Shown here: one piece after another, positions 61,164 through 64,000 of the stretch
Layout: each line of letters starts with the position of its first letter
Numbering within the stretch: the stretch's first letter is position 1
Assembly (NCBI GenBank): GCA_017621705.1
Contig: JAGASR010000028.1
Coordinates: 21,558-85,557 of the forward strand
DNA from: Clostridia bacterium
Lineage (GTDB): Bacteria > Bacillota > Clostridia > Oscillospirales > UBA644
Direction: 5' to 3'
Length of the DNA stretch: 64,000 nucleotides
Position numbers and translations under genes: made by a program
Notes under the pieces: model-generated
Database searches by the model: none
Seen by the model: only the letters and a program-made list of their open reading frames with translations
What the model was told of the DNA's origin: nothing

Positions 61164-61230
61164 AATAATCCGTAAAATACAGTCATACATATTAATTACG
61201 GAAATAAAACCCTTTCGCATCGGAGAATAA

Positions 61231-62535
61231 ATGGAAATCCTTTTACAGATAATCTACACCGTTCTTGTCCTCGGGGCACTTATATTTATACATGAGTTCG
61301 GTCACTTCATAACTGCAAAACTGTCGGGCGTTAAAGTCAATGAATTTGCGTTGGGCATGGGCCCTACCCTATTAAAATTCCAGGGTAAAGAGACGAAATA
61401 CGCAATAAGACTTTTTCCTATCGGCGGATTTGTCGCAATGGAAGGCGAAGATGAAGAAAGCGAAGATGAACGGTCTTTCAGTAAAAAAAGCGTTTGGAAG
61501 AGGATGATAATAGTTGTGGCAGGTGCCGCAATGAACCTTATTCTCGGATTTGTTATAACTACAGCGCTCGTTATTCTTTCTACGATTTCCGCTTCAACGA
61601 CCGTTCTCGGTTTTGAAGAAAATGCTGTTTCCAACACAGCGGGACTTCAGTCGGGAGACCGCATAGTTGAAATCAACGGAAAAGAGATAAATTCGTACGG
61701 AGATATCAAAAAAGCTTTTTCTTTAGTAGAAAGCGACACACTCGATATTAAAGTTATCCGTAAAGGAGCGGAGACTTATCTTGAAGATGTCAAATTTCCG
61801 TCTGTCGATAAAAACGGAAAAACAAGACCTCAAATCGATTTCAAGATATCATCGGGGCTTCCGTCCACAACAGTCGGCGGATTTATCGAAGGAGCATTGT
61901 CAAAAGATACAGGACTTTCGATCGGAGATAAGATCGTAAAAATCAACGGCAGAAAGATCAGTATTTATACAGACATTGCGACCGCTTTTTCTGTTGCATA
62001 CAATGAAAACACGCTTGATATCGAAGTTGAAAGAGACGGCAAAATCGTATTACTTGAAGATGTTACTTTCCCTGTTTTTGAAGCGGCAGAAGGTCTGACA
62101 TCACCCGATCTTGACTTCAAAGTCAGAGCAGACGAAAAAACTGTTTTTAACATAATCAAGCACTCCGTTTTCAGAACAAGATCATTCGTAACTCTTATGT
62201 ATGATACGATAATAGATATGGTTACGGGAAAGCTTTCCGTTAAATACGTTTCGGGACCGGTCGGAACATCGAGCGTTATTTACGAGGCGGCACAGTCAGG
62301 TTTTGAAACATTACTTTCTCTTGTCGCACTCATTTCGATTAACCTTGCTGTTGTAAATCTCCTTCCACTCCCCGCGCTTGACGGCGGACGGTTTGTATTT
62401 CTGCTTATCGAACTTATTTTCAGAAAGAAAGTTCCGCAGGAAGTTGAAGGAACAATTAATTTTATCGGACTGGCGGCTTTGATGATATTGATGGTTGTCA
62501 TTGTTTTCAAAGATATATTCTTCCCGATAGTATAA
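61231..62535 (+). CDS. rseP: RIP metalloprotease RseP (M50) with two PDZ domains
   Basis: HEFGH, EFALGMGP, NLLPLPALDGGR. Confidence 0.92.
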   Translation: MEILLQIIYTVLVLGALIFIHEFGHFITAKLSGVKVNEFALGMGPTLLKFQGKETKYAIRLFPIGGFVAMEGEDEESEDERSFSKKSVWKRMIIVVAGAAMNLILGFVITTALVILSTISASTTVLGFEENAVSNTAGLQSGDRIVEINGKEINSYGDIKKAFSLVESDTLDIKVIRKGAETYLEDVKFPSVDKNGKTRPQIDFKISSGLPSTTVGGFIEGALSKDTGLSIGDKIVKINGRKISIYTDIATAFSVAYNENTLDIEVERDGKIVLLEDVTFPVFEAAEGLTSPDLDFKVRADEKTVFNIIKHSVFRTRSFVTLMYDTIIDMVTGKLSVKYVSGPVGTSSVIYEAAQSGFETLLSLVALISINLAVVNLLPLPALDGGRFVFLLIELIFRKKVPQEVEGTINFIGLAALMILMVVIVFKDIFFPIV

Positions 62536-62551
62536 ATTAAGGAACTAAAAA

Positions 62552-63610
62552 ATGATATATAAGACCGTTAATGTCGGCGCCGTCACGGTAGGCGGCGCCG
62601 CTCCGATTTCAGTGCAATCCATGTGCTCAATTCCGTTTTCGAGATTTGACGAGCTTGTACGCCAGGCAAAAGAACTCGAAGAAGCGGGATGCGAGATATT
62701 GAGAGTCTCCGTTCCCGATAAGGAAAGCGCCGAAGGATTTGCAAAGCTAAAAAAAGAACTTAAAATTCCGCTTGTTGCAGATATTCACTTTGATTACAGA
62801 ATGGCGCTCGCTTCAATCGATGCAGGTGCAGATAAGATAAGAATCAATCCCGGAAATATCGGAAAAGAGCATATTAAAAAAGTTACAGAGAGAGCTAAAG
62901 AAAGACATATACCGATAAGAGTCGGCATAAACAGCGGATCTCTTGAAAAAGATATATTAAACAAATATGGTTCACCGACTGCCGAAGCTCTCGCGGAAAG
63001 CGCAAGAAATAACGTTAAATTACTTGAAGACCTCGATTTCGGAGACATGATCGTTTCGATCAAATGTTCGGATGTCAGAAAGACAGTCGATGCATACAGA
63101 ATATTCGATCGAATGAACGACGGACGATACCCTCTTCATGTCGGTGTTACGGAGGCGGGAACGCTTCACTCGGGTCTGATAAAAAATTCAGTCGGAATCG
63201 GTGCCCTTTTGCTCGACGGAATAGGAAGCACGATCAGATATTCGATCTCTGCGCCTCCCGTTGAAGAAATAGTTGCGGCAAAGACCTTACTCCGTTCCCT
63301 CGGACTTCGAGAAGAAGGCGTTGAGATAGTCGCATGCCCGACTTGCGGCAGAACAACAACTGATGTAATGGGTCTGGCAGCAGAGCTTGAACAAAAGCTA
63401 TCATCCGTAAAAAAACATATGAAAGTCGCAGTTATGGGCTGTGTAGTTAACGGGCCCGGAGAAGCCGCAGAAGCGGATATAGGACTTACCGGAGCCGACG
63501 GTAAATATGTAATTTTCGCAAAAGACGAAAACGGTCAGTCAAAGATCGTTTTAAGAGGCGTTGACAGACAAACAGCAACAGAATACATAATAAAAGAATG
63601 TTATAAATAA
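62552..63610 (+). CDS. ispG: HMBPP synthase
   Basis: ISVQSM, VADIHF, RINPGN, HVGVTEAG, CPTCGR, MGCVVNGPGE. Confidence 0.96.
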   Translation: MIYKTVNVGAVTVGGAAPISVQSMCSIPFSRFDELVRQAKELEEAGCEILRVSVPDKESAEGFAKLKKELKIPLVADIHFDYRMALASIDAGADKIRINPGNIGKEHIKKVTERAKERHIPIRVGINSGSLEKDILNKYGSPTAEALAESARNNVKLLEDLDFGDMIVSIKCSDVRKTVDAYRIFDRMNDGRYPLHVGVTEAGTLHSGLIKNSVGIGALLLDGIGSTIRYSISAPPVEEIVAAKTLLRSLGLREEGVEIVACPTCGRTTTDVMGLAAELEQKLSSVKKHMKVAVMGCVVNGPGEAAEADIGLTGADGKYVIFAKDENGQSKIVLRGVDRQTATEYIIKECYK

Positions 63611-63636
63611 AGGATCAATAAAGAGAGGTAAATATT

Positions 63637-64000
63637 ATGGATCTTTCCGTAAATATAGCAGGCGTTACACTTAAAAACCCCATCATCACAGCATCCGGTA
63701 CTTGCGGATTCGGCCGTGAAATGAACGAGATATTCCCTATTTCCGAACTTGGCGCGCTCGCAGGAAAAGGTATGACTCTCCTGCCCAAAGAAGGAAATGA
63801 CACACCCAGAATTGCAGAAACACCCTCCGGTATGCTCAACGCAGTAGGTCTTCAGAATCCTGGTGTAGATTATTACATAGAACACGAACTTCCTTTCATG
63901 AAGCAAGCAGGTGCAACTGTTATTGCGAACATCGCAGGAAGCACTATCGAAGACTACGTTGAAATTGCAAAGCGCATCTCCCCTACCGACACTGATATGG
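63637..64000 (+). CDS. pyrD: Dihydroorotate dehydrogenase (family 1, partial)
   Basis: Not in the ORF track; translated by hand: MDLSVNIAGVTLKNPIITASGTCGFG...GNDTPRIAETPSGMLNAVGLQNPG. Confidence 0.9.
   Translation, partial: MDLSVNIAGVTLKNPIITASGTCGFGREMNEIFPISELGALAGKGMTLLPKEGNDTPRIAETPSGMLNAVGLQNPGVDYYIEHELPFMKQAGATVIANIAGSTIEDYVEIAKRISPTDTDM

Overview
Chromosomal window from a low-GC (about 40%) spore-forming Clostridia-like Firmicute; gene content suggests Oscillospirales/Ruminococcaceae, which is an inference. Housekeeping and carbohydrate genes include a lysine-riboswitch-controlled asd-dapA-dapB-ACT operon, queA-tgt, uxuA, fucI, xpt, galK, araB, two GH127-type enzymes, udp, TPP riboswitch-thiT, sigK, mreB/mbl, dacA, rseP, ispG and pyrD. 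I saw no rRNA, tRNA, CRISPR array, integrase or transposase. The most unusual parts are: (1) a 12-kb tandem array of eight paralogous orphan solute-binding lipoproteins, most with their own promoter and terminator and some with homogenised junctions, plus a ninth copy at 51 kb; (2) a strongly structured, unassigned leader RNA of about 215 nt with a perfect promoter and terminator ahead of an AT-rich lipoprotein gene; (3) a BlaI plus 1710-aa M56 sensor followed by ECF-promoter-driven repeat lipoproteins; (4) an in-frame amber codon cutting off a His/Cys tail, a 5' frameshift in thiT, and a terminator inside the fucI leader. Family calls come from motif recognition only; no searches were run.
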